From positions 930,001-994,000 of the forward strand of contig MU004239.1 of the NCBI GenBank assembly GCA_010405405.1: a stretch of 64,000 nt of DNA, written 5' to 3'. This DNA is from Microthyrium microscopicum (lineage: Eukaryota). The position numbers were made by a program, and so were the translations under genes. The notes beneath the pieces are model-generated. The model did no database searches and was not told the origin of the DNA. It saw nothing but the letters and a program-made list of their open reading frames with translations. Of the stretch, positions 1 through 12,671 are shown piece by piece. Every line of letters begins with the position of its first letter. Positions within the stretch are counted from its first letter, which is position 1.

Positions 1-1041
1 TCTCCCGCACCAGGCAACTGGCAAGACCCGACAGATTCCCTAGGCCAAGCATCATCCACTTTGCCGTATTATATGGCAGATGGTGTCCAGGACGACGAAC
101 CTTCTTCTCCAGACCTTGGAAAGTACGTGTTTATACCCTGGCTACGAACTAAACACCTACTTCTCTACCGAGATCACGTCCGTTCCCACATTCCGATTCA
201 ATTTATCCAGATCTCAAATGAAATTGATGATCATGAGTGCAATACACTATACACTGAGTTTATTAAGGCGAAGCAACAATTGCTCGCAAATGGTCACGAC
301 ATGTCTGAAGTTATTGGATTAGATACTATTAATCCGTCCAAGCTTCTGAGTTCGGAAGATACTCCGGGCAACGGCCCTCAAAGTATATCCCAATGGGCCA
401 ATGGCATTGTTGGCGAAGTCAGAACCATGTGCATTGCCGAAAAACTAGCAACAATGATCATGATTACCTCTCTAGCAAGAGTAAGAGCCCATCCTGAATC
501 ATTGATTTTCATGCTGATGCTGACGCCTCAAAGTGGCAAATTCTACCAAACTTGGAACATTACGAAAGCATTCCCAAGTGTATGATACCAACTCCGTGTC
601 AGGTTGCCATCTCTCACCCAGCCTGGATGGATTATATCCCTTGGTAAGTTTAGTAGAGATGCTTAGTCTACCATCTCAGATGTCTGCCGCTTAGAACCAT
701 CTAACATTGTCAGGCCCGAAATTCGAGATCACTTCATCAAACTCGCTCCAGATGTTTCTTCTCATACGAACATTGTTTCTCAATTGATGCAGCATACTCA
801 CCTCAACTGGCCGCATAACCAGCAGGACATGGTACTCATCAATCCATTATCAGGAACCCTCATCATCAGAGAGGACTTTGAAGTCTGGGCGAAAGACATC
901 AATAATTGGTCCTTGAACAGCACAATTCTTAAACACTTTCCAGCACTCGAACACAAGGCCTGGATCAAAAATCACGATCGCTCTATCAGTCCCGAACAAG
1001 ACATGGATGATTTCCGGGATCTGATAGAAGTTGAAAGCTAG
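1..1041 (+). CDS. DUF3425-domain protein (often bZIP-associated), 5' end outside the window
   Basis: Splicing introns at ~481-533 and ~644-712 joins ...WQILPNLEHYESIPKCMIPTPCQVAISHPAWMDYIPWPEIRDHFI...LNWP...DFEVWAKDINNWSL, which matches the DUF3425 pattern. Frame 1 is open from base 1. Confidence 0.8.
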
Positions 1042-1497
1042 CATTCATCCCATTGCGATCGTGAATCAAATGGACCACGAAATGATTCCTTATTCACTAG
1101 AGTGTAGATGCATGGCCGGAGGCATACTGTTAGCGATTAGTGATTTCCATTCTCATGCAAATACAGGCGCAATTGCTAGCAATTTCTGTAGCTTGCTTTT
1201 CAACCTCCTTCTGAGCCTATAACCATGCAGCATCATAAAACTCCGACCGGTTGCAATATGACATCGTTGCCAAAGACCTCTCCGATGCATTAGAACTAAC
1301 ATGCCCACTCTTCATGCAGTGTAATAAACCATCTCTCATGAGTGCTCGGAGAGAGATGCTGTCCTCAATCATTACTATTCGTCGTCCATTCTTTCGATCC
1401 GTACTTCTTGTTTGTGACTCTCACTCGCGCTTCTGGTCCAGTGGTATCAAATTGGAGACTGTAAGAAATGTCCGATGCCACTTGGTGTTGCAAGGCA

Positions 1498-2940
1498 TCA
1501 GTGCATACATCTGCAAAGAGCTCCCCCGATTTTGGGCTCAAGCTCTGTACCATCTCGGGCGATTTTCACCGCCTTGTTACCGTTCCATGGATTACGTAGG
1601 TGTGTAGTCCGCGAAAAGGGCAATCGTTCAAGAGATATCCATTGAAGAGCGAAAGTGTTCATCTCACCGTTCTCAGCATCAGGACCTGGGGCTGTCTCCT
1701 CAGTGTCCGCCTCCCAGAACATCCTTCCATAGCAAAGCTCGTCCACGATGTGTCCCTTTGGAATTGCACCAATTGCAGGCGTGGGGATGGATACGGGAGT
1801 AGTCTTGGCGGTGTCTTGAGCATAAGACGTTAGGGATGGCGTGGGTGGAACCTGGGTCGATGTGATAGCCGATGTCATTTTGGCATAACCAAAGAATTTT
1901 CCTGTCTTATTTGCCGAGAAGATGAGATATACTGCTTCGGAGGACTAGTAAAGTTAGTCTCTTAACCTCGGGGAAAGAGAAATTAATTTTAGAAGCATGC
2001 TTACATTGAAGGCGTTGTTTAGCACATCTTCATTCTGGATTTGCGTGGCCCAGCGTCCTGTTTCTACACTTGCGATAAGGTCATCTAAAGCCAGGCTTTT
2101 GAGTATGAAGTAGCGACTGTACCCTTTGTGTGGAGGGTTTGTGCCGGGTACTACGTCCAATGCGATTGGCAGAGTTCCTCCAACATGGTCTTCGTTCTCC
2201 CCACTTTCGTCGCCTTTGGAAGCCACCGTGGGAGATGTATTTGGCGTATCCTCAAGGCTGGACCCGTCACTATCACGTCGAACATTGAGTGTTTGCTCAT
2301 CAGTCGTGAGCGAAATTGGGCCTTGAATCGGACGGCGTGGGCGGCATTTGATGGGAGTTCCATGAAGAATAGAATTGTTGAAATGAGCAGCAGCTGATTG
2401 ACAAGCTTCGGCAGTTCGAAAATTAATGAATCCTGACCTGCTGGCCGGCATGTAAAAAACACTGAGAATTTCAGAGGCACTTCCGGGCATGAAGTGATCT
2501 CGCAGTTCTAGGATTTGGGTTTTTAGAGGAATGTTTCCAACCCAGAGTCCATGCTTTCTATCTTGCGGCTTACGAGGTGGACCACGCTGAGATACGACAC
2601 CTGGTTTGCGCTCTGGCGCAAATTGTGGCTGGAAGACCGGCGACCAGGGTGGATCATGATGTGATGCCGTAAAAGATTGAGGGTAAGAAGCATAGCTTGC
2701 AGGATGACCTACTTGCTGAGGATACATGTATTGTGGAGCTTGGTGAGGCTGAGCTGGCCCAATTGGCCGATTCCAGGCATCGTAAACATATGGGGATGTC
2801 CAGTATGGCGGCGCTCCGTTATCAACGGCGACAGTGTGGTAGACATGATACACCGGTGCAACCTCATTCTCTCCGTTTGATGCAGGGACGTATGGCGGAT
2901 AGCCAGAGGGGCCATAGAAAGGTGGGCAGTATTGAGACAT
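1498..2940 (-). CDS. RRM + YTH (YT521-B-like) domain RNA-binding protein
   Basis: RRM motifs LWVGNIP and SGFINF. YTH motifs RYFILKS...GRWATQ...VYLIFSANKTGKFFGYAKM...LRNPWNGNKAVKIARDGTELEP. A 60-nt intron at 2004-1945 joins the two ORFs in frame. Confidence 0.92.
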
Positions 2941-5835
2941 GGAGACTCAGGTACGAAAATTGATGATATGGGAAAGAAGGAAGGTGGCAACTTTGCCATC
3001 TTCCCCCCATGGCCCATTTATAAAAACCTTCGAACCGCTGCCACAAACGGAACAATAACCGCATGGGATATGCCAACAAACATGACACCACGGCTTTTAC
3101 CCCACTGAATTATCTAGACCGCCGCCCGCGTCTTACCACCGCGTTATCCCAGGTTGTACCAATCTCAGTTGATATAAGGTTCAAAAAGGCAATTGAAAGC
3201 TTTGCTGTCCAATAGTAGCAACTTTGTACCAGAATGTGACGTTCATTTGCAAGGAATCAGCATAAAAAATAGCACAAATCACAGGTACAAGGACAATAAT
3301 CGGGTCGTAAGTGACCTGTCACAATCAAGACGTTTGACCTGCTTAGGAAGCGTAAAGAGAGAACTTTCGTGTTTAGCATGCGGCTCTGGTCATTCTCAAC
3401 ATCACCTCGAGGAGACTGGCGGCACTATACATTGCTCTTCATGAGATTGGTGCGAAGATTAGTTGCGGCCATATCTTGGCTGGAGGAATTAACTGTGTTG
3501 AAGGCTTTCTCTGCTAGGAAGGAAAGAGCAACAATGAACTGAAGCAGTATAATTTGGAACGACCTGTGATTGGGTGGAAGGCCTCTCCGGTGCATTTAGC
3601 GAATCAGATCACTTCCAGCCAAAGTCTCGTTGCCCCCAATCTGTAAACCCTTATGATCTGCAAGTTTGCCAGTTTGGTGGTAGATGTTGGCACGGTTGTT
3701 ATTCAAAGATCTGATTCTATAGATAAGATCTCTTCATCCATTTGGGGTTAGTGTATCCAAGGCCCCTGAACCCTACGATACTCCTTCATCGCTGCTTCCA
3801 GGTTCTCAGCGACATTCAATGTCGGTTTTCATCCACAATACTCTATCTTTGAGAAACCTCCTGCGCAGCCGAAAGCTCTCCAGTAACTCCAAAGCTTTGT
3901 CAATTTGTTGAGTAATTGCAGAGACAAGCGAGTAGTCCGGTTTCGAAATCCGACAGCGGTTAATTGTACTCAGAGGTCTACTCTCTCCATACTTGAATAC
4001 TAGTCACATTCTGCTCGCCTGATTGCGCCTAATAGCTCCTCACATCTCATACGTTTTAAACGTACGGAAGCAGTTTATTTTTGAAAAGTTACCGTACATC
4101 AAGAATAAACTATATATTTTACATCTACCTTGTAGTGAGGCCATTAGAGTCCAGAAAGCACAATACTAACCAATGAACAACAGGTTTGCTACATACTTAA
4201 ATTATTGAACTGCAAGAAATGCTCAAAACTTTGGAACCCCTTATCTTATATAGTTAAGACAGATCTACGTCCTCTACGTGATTTAAGGACCAATCTCGTG
4301 GTGCAGCTTGCCAATGAGACGACGAAATCCTAAGCCACATTATCAATGTATGGTTCAACCGGGGTTGGACTTTGTACCTTGCATAAGGCTGAACTAGTAT
4401 TTCGACTTCCATCGAGCTTTGAAATTACTTTTGTTCTTGACAATCAGAACAATGATCAATGTTTAGATTTTTATGCTTTCCAAAGTAGAGTAATCTTATG
4501 TTAATGTCACATAGCCATAATAAATGGGATATTTGAAGAACAACAAGTACTCGTGTAGATGAGCACGACCGCAGTCGCTCAACCACAATTCCACCAAGGC
4601 CCACAGGTCCATCCGATTGTGCATTGAGCACGTAGATATAGATAAAAATGCATCGACAACGGAATATATGATTTCATTCTTTATTACTGTGCAAATTTAA
4701 CCTCAACTTGGTGCATACATGATGGTTTGCACTCAAAGGTGGCCCATATGAAGTTAAGAATCGGACTAACGATGGGTCGTTCCTTCCATAGGAACTTTCA
4801 TACTGTACCCACGATAGCAGTTCGCTCCTCCCCCCTCTCATGGACAATTGATGCTTGCAGTTTGAACTTTTGCCTGCCACGCTGCCCATCTTCATCCATC
4901 TGCAGTTACCCTCGTGTCTTGGTGTCTGTTGATGTACGACTTTGTGTACTCTTGCACAAAACAAACGCGGAACAGGTTCTAGATCAATACTGGTCCTTAT
5001 CTCTTCATCAGACTAGGTAGGTAGGTACTTTACGTCCCCCGTTTCCAACGTAATATTCTGGAAAGTGCAAGTACACCGAATAGAGTAGTACGCGGCCATT
5101 AATTGCCATAGACTTTCGAGTGTTTTTTGCTCCATTTTCCGCATCAATAGTAACAATCCCAAGGCGCTCTAATTAGTCTTTTCTCGTTCTCATGACCGTC
5201 TTCTTGATTGTCCTCCAAGATCAACGCCCTGCACCAAGTACCCCTTGCAATGACCTAGCTACTAATCGCAATAATCATCTTTCACAGTATTAAGCGTGCA
5301 GATCAATCTAATGCTGTGTTGTAATCATGCGAACAGGGTCCTCTTCGCCGCCTAAGATCTGTCATTGCATTGAGGGAGAGTCACCAGCATAGTCACTGCA
5401 GTATTTCATGCACAGTGATCGAGCTGTTGAACCCCAACGCAGCATGAGTAAAAGCTTTTCTCCAATTAGATTTGGCTGTTTATCGCCTCTATATCTTCAC
5501 CTTTTCTCTGAAGGTTAATTTCACTTGCTGTTTGTAAACCGTCGTTCTTGCAATATAAAACTTATTTCAAGTTACAGAGAGTTAAGGATTACAGCAGTAG
5601 CAGCCCGCAAAGGGTCAGCCGTAGTATTCAGCCACCATCGATGATGTCACGATACAAACGAGAGAATGTCTCAGCACCTTACTTCTCCTTGGCCTCACAA
5701 TAAATTCAGGAGCGTCGACAATATATCCAAATCATATTTCTCTTCCACCTTTGTCCTGTGATATTTTCTTGCGGCTGCAAATCACACTCTCGTGGAATAA
5801 CTCCAGGCTGATCGACCCAAACTGCTGTGACAGCC

Positions 5836-8161
5836 ATGACGACTATTATTGATGGCAATGATGCCTCACAAGCAGCGATTCCTCCCCAGGATGTGAAACT
5901 TCTCGAACAAAAGGTCTATGAATCACAGACTCTTGAAGACGAGCCTCAAGGCACAAGACAGAAAGTCAAGAATCTCGGTCATAGTGCAAAGAGAACCACA
6001 AAAAAGATCCTCCACATCGACAACACTGTTGAGCAGATTGGCCACGATCAGCATCCTGTGTCCAAGGAAATCGATGCCAATGCAGGATTTAACCCCTCAC
6101 AAACGCTGGATGTCGTAAGATACCCCCGTGAAAAATCCCATTTCCTGACGGCATCCAGCTTCTCGAGGGACAAAAGAAGTGAGCCGTTTCGACGACTACT
6201 CCCATCAATTGCGATGGCTGCCATAACACTTCTTACAGAGCGGCTACTTCAATTACCATCGTATCTGATAATCGGATGTCAAATCTACGACGTTGATGGG
6301 ACTTGAAGTAATCACTCTTTAAGACGTGCTATGGCAGCCATCGCAATCGATGGGAGTAGGTGTTGAAACGGCTCACTTATTTTGTCCACGAAGAACCAAC
6401 GAAACCATAAGTACCGTGCTTCTTATCGCACTCATTGACTACCATAAGATGCGTTTCTTATTGGATGCTATTGGGCCTTACGACTGCGATGGGAATTACG
6501 ATACTCCATGGTTTGATTGTCTTTTCAGAACTTGCTAGCTTTGATCGTAATCTCACACTGACCCATCCCAGGAAGCCGGTACACTGAAAAAGCTCAGCGA
6601 CAAGATTCCCAAACCACACAGTGTCCACGAGCTTGGCCACATTATGCGCCATCCCATAGATGCCGCTCAAAAGCAAGCTGCACAGACGCTAGACGCTTCA
6701 GAGAACCCTCATCTTTCGCGTGAGGATAATGACAACCTAATCGATACACATCAGCAGTTGAAAGAACTCGAACAAGTAGATCTTGTGGATTCCACGACTG
6801 AGCAGCGGATCTCGGAGCTACATAAGGATCTGAACAACATGGAAGAGGAACGGGAACAGAAACGAGTGGCTTGGCTGTCAAGTCGCTACGTCTCGGGCGC
6901 TCGCGCACTTCGAGCTGATCAATACAGGTTTCCACTGCTATCGACATGTCGATGGGTAGATGAAAGTGGAGAGCCACAGGGTGTAAAGTGGTCGCAGTAG
7001 TTCAATCAGCTTCAGACTTTTCTGCATGCGGTTTGGAGTAATCAACCAACGCGCTCGCAGACTGAGTTGGTGAAGCAGGGCGAGACGAAGAAAGAGGAAG
7101 ATCCGCCACATTTCGATCAAGAAGTATTGATGCAGGAAGGCGAGCGCCTAGTGATTACTTCGAGTCCGATACAGAGCTGGGCATCCGATTTGCTCAAGCT
7201 CCGGGATTGGCAGAACCCGACAATGACTGGACTCTGGCTTGCGACATGGCTGGGAATGTGGTATATCAATGCAGTATTCACGTTTGTATACCTCTATGCG
7301 GCTTTCCGGGTGCTCCAGACAAGGACACCATTTGATCAGCGAGAATCTTTACAAGAGATAACTCAACGAGCGGACGCTGATGATGAAACAAGTAATACCC
7401 TTGGTGAACTGGTAACCAGACATGGCAGCTCGGATTGGTTGGAACCAGTGCTTGATACCATAGGACCTACCGCCCAGCCGATGCTTCGAAGTGCAGCTGA
7501 CTGGATGGAGATCTTGGTCAACTACCCCGAAGCAAAAACCAACCGAGCACTAGGCAGTATTCTGGCGATTCTCGGAGTAGGCCTATTGGTGGCAAACTTT
7601 GTAAGCACGGAGTCATGTCTGAGGGCGACCGAATTGCTGTTAATTCTTGGATTCTTCCTCGACAAGCCCCTCGCTAGACGGTATCCAAATTATCGCAGCG
7701 TGCTGGTACCAATGCATTGGATCTTATGGGACGTGCCTACAAACACCGAGACGGGCTTCAGATATCTGAGACAGCGGGCGCAAGAAATGCAGAAGAATGG
7801 CTTCCGAGATCAATCAGAGCCCACACGACGGGCACTGATCGAGCCCAGCAGTATATCGATACCAGACTTGATGGCAGCCAAGTGCAAGTGGAACAAAACC
7901 GACGGCAGCATCGTGCTTACTGCTAATGAGATCTACTTCATGCGCAGCAAACCCCAGCAAGAGATGTGGAGGAGACGTTACGAGGACATTGTTCAAATGT
8001 CAAAGGGCGACGGGCGAACATCATTGTTCAAGCAAAATGTGCACTTCCTAGAAATTGAGTTCAAAGGCGCCGATGTTGTCAAGTTGGAGCCTCTGAAAAA
8101 GAACGATGAGGTTTTCAACATTATTTTTGCCTTTTCTAACTTGCAATGGCGTCAGGCATAG
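5836..8161 (+). CDS. Membrane protein with C-terminal GRAM/PH-like domain; one in-frame TAG at 6998-7000
   Basis: Exon 5836-6114, phase-0 intron 6115-6571, then ORFs 6644 and 7067 share one frame separated only by TAG. Hydrophobic segment follows RDWQNPTMTGLWL. C-terminus CKWNKTDGSIVLTANEIYF...DEVFNIIFAFSNLQW is GRAM-like. Confidence 0.7.
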
Positions 8162-8600
8162 GGCAACGGCATAGCAAAACAAATGGCATACTCCCATCAA
8201 CTCTGATGGCGCCCAGACGCTACGGTCTGTTATCAAGTGCTTTATTTGCCATAAAGGGCGTTCGCATTGGGCATGTTTATCAGTTACGATGGGGATTAAA
8301 GCACCTTTTGGTTAGCAGCGCTGGTGGTAGCCATTAGAGCTGATGGAGTACGCCTTAATTTTGCCATGCCGTTAATAGGGGTACGAAAACAGGTTGCGTG
8401 GGCATTTCTGAAAGTTGCGGATAATTCCATAAATCGTATCCTTTACCATCGTTCACAGCGAGTGAAGGCAATAGCGATGAAGGCATATAATTACGACCAT
8501 AAACACACTGTAATGTTAGTTCAAGCTGATAGAAAAGACGCCGGGTCTGGCCTTTGCTCTACAAATGCTGGTAAGATAACAACCCCCCAAAGCAGCGTAT

Positions 8601-8840
8601 TTCCCATCGCATTCGAAGGCTACCATAAGATGTGTTTCTCAATCGAGTGCTATGAATGCCATTGGATGCGATGGGTGATTGACATGTTATCGCGAAGAGA
8701 CCAAATGGTCTTTTTAGCCACATCCTTTGACTATATTTGCTTTAACAGAAAGTAACACACCTCCCATCGCACTTGAAGGCTACTATAGAACGCGATGGCT
8801 GTTTTAGGATTTCCCCACGAAGAGACCAAATGGTCTTTTC
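8601..8840. repeat. Degenerate direct duplication (two units, ~160 bp apart)
   Basis: TCCCATCGCA...GAAGGCTA at 8602 and 8762. CGAAGAGACCAAATGGTCTTTT at ~8693 and ~8818. Confidence 0.7.
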
Positions 8841-10755
8841 AGAAGTATAAGCTCCGATCATAATCTGATACTAACAAATTCCAGGCTATCAACGGTGTTC
8901 ACGATATTGCTCGCGAACCAGCTGGAAACGACATTGTAAACGACTGGTGCGAACCAGTCCACTCAAATCCCTGAAAATGAACATGTTTTACGCCCAACAA
9001 TCAAGCAATACTTTAACAGCTCCCTTCAACAGCTCCCTTTTCATGATGATTCGAGCAGATACATAAGAAACATAAACAGCGCCATTATGGTATGTAACCA
9101 ACGAAGAAGTTGTTCTCAATTGGCTGAACATGATGAGTTTGGGCGCAGTAAATGGTGACGGGGCACAGTTGGGAGCTCATATACCTATCTGAAGCAGATC
9201 TATCACGTAGATTAACCATAGATCTCAACAAAAATGGTCGAGTCACAGAGCCTTCTTGTTAAAGGGTAGGTAGGCATAGGACAACGTCTAAGCTGCCATA
9301 ATCAGTGGTTATGGACCCTCAATATGGACCCAGGACTGCCGCGTGGACGAACGAAGTCATGAACCGTCAATAGCCTACAGTATTGAGAGTCTTGCGGTTT
9401 TACTGCTTCTTTCTCCAGCCAGAAAATCTCCAGAGGTTCTACGAAATGTGTATTGTTCTTGCTCCTGAAGCCATTTCATAGCATAACGACACCGTGATAC
9501 TCGAATCTCGACCAGGGGAAAGAGAACCTTCTCTAAGAAACGTGTGCATTTCCAGTTCGGAAATTCTTGTGGAGTTTTTTAGTTTCAAATCTCTCGGAGG
9601 CTATGTCAAAAATTTCGGCAATGTCTGAATTCATCCATACCCGCGAACCAGGTCCACCGCCGCGTCGTATCATGCGTATAATGTGCAGCGTGTTATGTAC
9701 GGTGCATATACCCGCAAGATAGGTACCTAAGGTAGATCAGCACTTCGATGGATCTTGACTTTTCCGTTATTTCCATAAGTTGAGTACATGATATTGGGGT
9801 CTTGAAAAGGGCTCCGAAAGAACGAACTTTGCTTCTTTTGAGTACACTTGAATCATATCTGCAACCATTGCGTTATGATATAGGGCCTATAGCACAGACG
9901 GATTGAGGTTTTAGCTCCTCTAGCTCTCCCCAATGCGTCTTTGTTATCTTTCCTGTGTTTCATTTTGATTATGCTCGGTCACTGTCCAAAAAAGGCATAG
10001 GGTGATGGCACTACCGTAATACAGCCTACGTATACACTCACCAAATGTAATTATACAGAGTCATTGACGAAACTTGTTAAAGGGTACTAGAATGATGAGT
10101 ACTTTGGGCACTTTGATTGTTTCGAAGCACTAGTCGGGAAACAAAGTCTTGCAAAACATGTTTGGATCACATCTTCTGCTATTCTTATAACTAAGTCTTG
10201 TTATAACAGATTCAGGTACATGGTCAGATCGAGCCTGTATAAGCAACCCTAAAACATAGTTGTCCGCCATGTTAGTGCCTGTCATTTTAGTCCCAATGAT
10301 CTTCCCGGAGCAAATCGGTTGCCAAGTTTATTCTTTCATGTGAATACCGTGATCCTGATCGCATGCTCACAACCAGGTCTGACTTTGGATCGCCACCATG
10401 CTTCCCTTAGTGAGGCTGGTAGATCCCAAGGGTATGGCTACCTCTCGATTCACTGCCTTTAGAAAAATAATACCCCAGAACGAAAACAGTGTGCAATTCG
10501 TAATGTAAGTTGTGGAAAGCCAGAGTTTGTCAAGTTTGACGGCACTGACACTTGCCGGCACATGAGGACAAATGGAGTTTTGCTCAATATCAAACGCGCA
10601 TATTTTAAGCACTGGAGTATGGTTGACGAATATGAAATTAAGAGCATTTAGAGCAACAACTAATAAGACGGTATTTGCAATGGTTGAGTCTTTGACAGAG
10701 ACTTAAAACTACATTCCTCAGCTACTCCAGAGTATTCCCTACAAGGACCGACGTT

Positions 10756-11307
10756 CTATGGTTTTCTGTACTCCGTCACCGCGCGCCCCAAGTCATTGAG
10801 TATCGAACTTTTGAAACCAGTTGTCAGTGCAGCTGTGATACCGTTTGTCTTGTGCCAGATAGAATCGAGGAATCTGCTAGCTTCCCTGTTGACGTCCTCC
10901 ATTGCTTTAAGCGTGGCTTGGTGAGCTCCAACAGCGTTGACATATGGCTTGAGTTTGATCCATTGGCTGGCGCAGATACCTTGGCTTTTTGTGAGAGGTC
11001 CCGTCCATGAGCTGAGTCCAGCAAATTCGAGGACGCTGAGGTCTGGGCCATTGTGGACGTAGTCGGCGGCATATTTGAGAGTGCCTGTGACTTTATCTTG
11101 AAGCTCGAGAGCTCTGCTTATGAAAACCCTCGATTCTTGCTCGTTGCGGCCCGGATTTCCTTGCAGATGTCTTTCGAGTTGGTTGATGTCAGGTTGGACG
11201 TGCTGTAGCGCTTCGCGAACCCATTTGTCGTCGCGTTTTTGGAGTTGGACTGGCGCCGCGATAGCACCGCCTACCATGCATAGGCTGAATATGGTGGAGA
11301 ATTTCAT
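10756..11307 (-). CDS. Small secreted helical protein, possibly HsbA/cell-wall mannoprotein-like
   Basis: 183-aa intronless ORF with signal peptide MKFSTIFSLCMVGGAIA, a Kex2-type KR site and an amphipathic helical body. The family call is inferred. Confidence 0.75.
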   Translation of the reverse strand: MKFSTIFSLCMVGGAIAAPVQLQKRDDKWVREALQHVQPDINQLERHLQGNPGRNEQESRVFISRALELQDKVTGTLKYAADYVHNGPDLSVLEFAGLSSWTGPLTKSQGICASQWIKLKPYVNAVGAHQATLKAMEDVNREASRFLDSIWHKTNGITAALTTGFKSSILNDLGRAVTEYRKP

Positions 11308-11388
11308 TTTGAAATTCGAAAGTGTTTAAAAGAATGACTTAGGTATAGGGCAAATCCGAGATTGTATGAAGGTAGATACAAAAAGTAG

Positions 11389-11396
11389 TATTTATA
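11389..11396 (-). promoter_or_regulatory. TATA box of the secreted-protein gene
   Basis: TATAAATA on the minus strand ~80 bp upstream of the ATG at 11307. Confidence 0.5.
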
Positions 11397-12671
11397 AGTA
11401 GTAGCGACTGTTGTGAAAGAGTGTAACGTTGTTGTGATATCAGATGGGCGTATTCCGCTTTAAATAAATCTAATTTCGCGGAACCTCCCAATTCAGGAGA
11501 ATCATTTACCGAATGCTCTGTGAACCGAATCTCAGGGTTCACTTCCGTGCTCATCGTGGTAGGATCCGTAATCAATGTAAAAAGTCCTGTCAAGACGATA
11601 GGGCGACGAAGTACCGGTGCTTGATGCCTCCGTGGATGTAGGCCACGCGAAAGAGTTAGTAAATCAATCAGCCCATATTAAAACGTGGCTGTTTAAGGCG
11701 AGTGCAGTCAGTAGAAATTACAGGCGGCAATGGTTGTTTTGAAGTTATAGCGTATAACCTGGGAAATAGTCTGTATTTATGCAATCAATCCCAGATTCTA
11801 GAAGGCTCATCTATTCTTCGCTTGGATCTTTGAGAAAAGATGCGCTGCATCATTAGCCGCATCCCCTGGATAATGATCCTCGTAACACCTCAGCACTAGC
11901 TAATCTGACATAGGACAAAAAGCCTGTCCCTGTTGGCATGGAGGGAAAGTAGTCGGATCTAGCACCTAGAGGCTAGAGACGTCCATTTGGAGAAACTATT
12001 GGCGCATACCGAAAAGCCTTATCAGGAAGTGGTATACGCCGGCTTTCATGTCGCCTTGATTGGATATCTTATGTATACATTGGCTAAAGGTAAAGTCATA
12101 TTGGCAAATCCACGGTTCGGGTCTGGGGAATCTGTACTTCTGTATTTTTAGTGCCCAGGTGTATGTGAGAATCACAAAACAATTTGGGACGGTCTGAGTA
12201 TACGTAGTGTCCTGCTATAGCGAGCTTAAATTTCATCCGAGCGGAAAATAAGAAATTGAGATATAGTCGATTTCATAACTGTCAGATTGTTCGAGTGATT
12301 GGATAGAGCCAAGTGAAGCTCAGTGCTTGAAATTCTATAATGTTTATATCCCAACCTGGCAATATTCCGGAACATTTGGGCAATGCCTACTTGCCCAATA
12401 TGCTATTGAGATCCTGGTATATTCCCGCTGTCCTACCGCCGCGTTCATATAGAGCCTGAGGGTTAGCACATTGAAAGAACCCGACTACCGGGCCAATGAG
12501 CTTTCGATCGGACGTCCCGAATACCAAAATACCTCCCGAAATGTGTGATGAGGCAGAAATAGTGGACAGAAATTTCAATTGCTGCTTAGCGTCCTATCTT
12601 TAAATGTTCGCGACTAAGACTGATTTTGGGCGTGAACCTACACGGATCATCATTTACACTTCATCGTTGCT

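Noticed and set aside
9043..9192. Two consecutive ATGATGA...CTGA units resembling box C/D snoRNAs
   Set aside because: No convincing terminal stems or recognisable rRNA-complementary guides, and such short motifs arise by chance. A snoRNA/Rfam scan would settle it.
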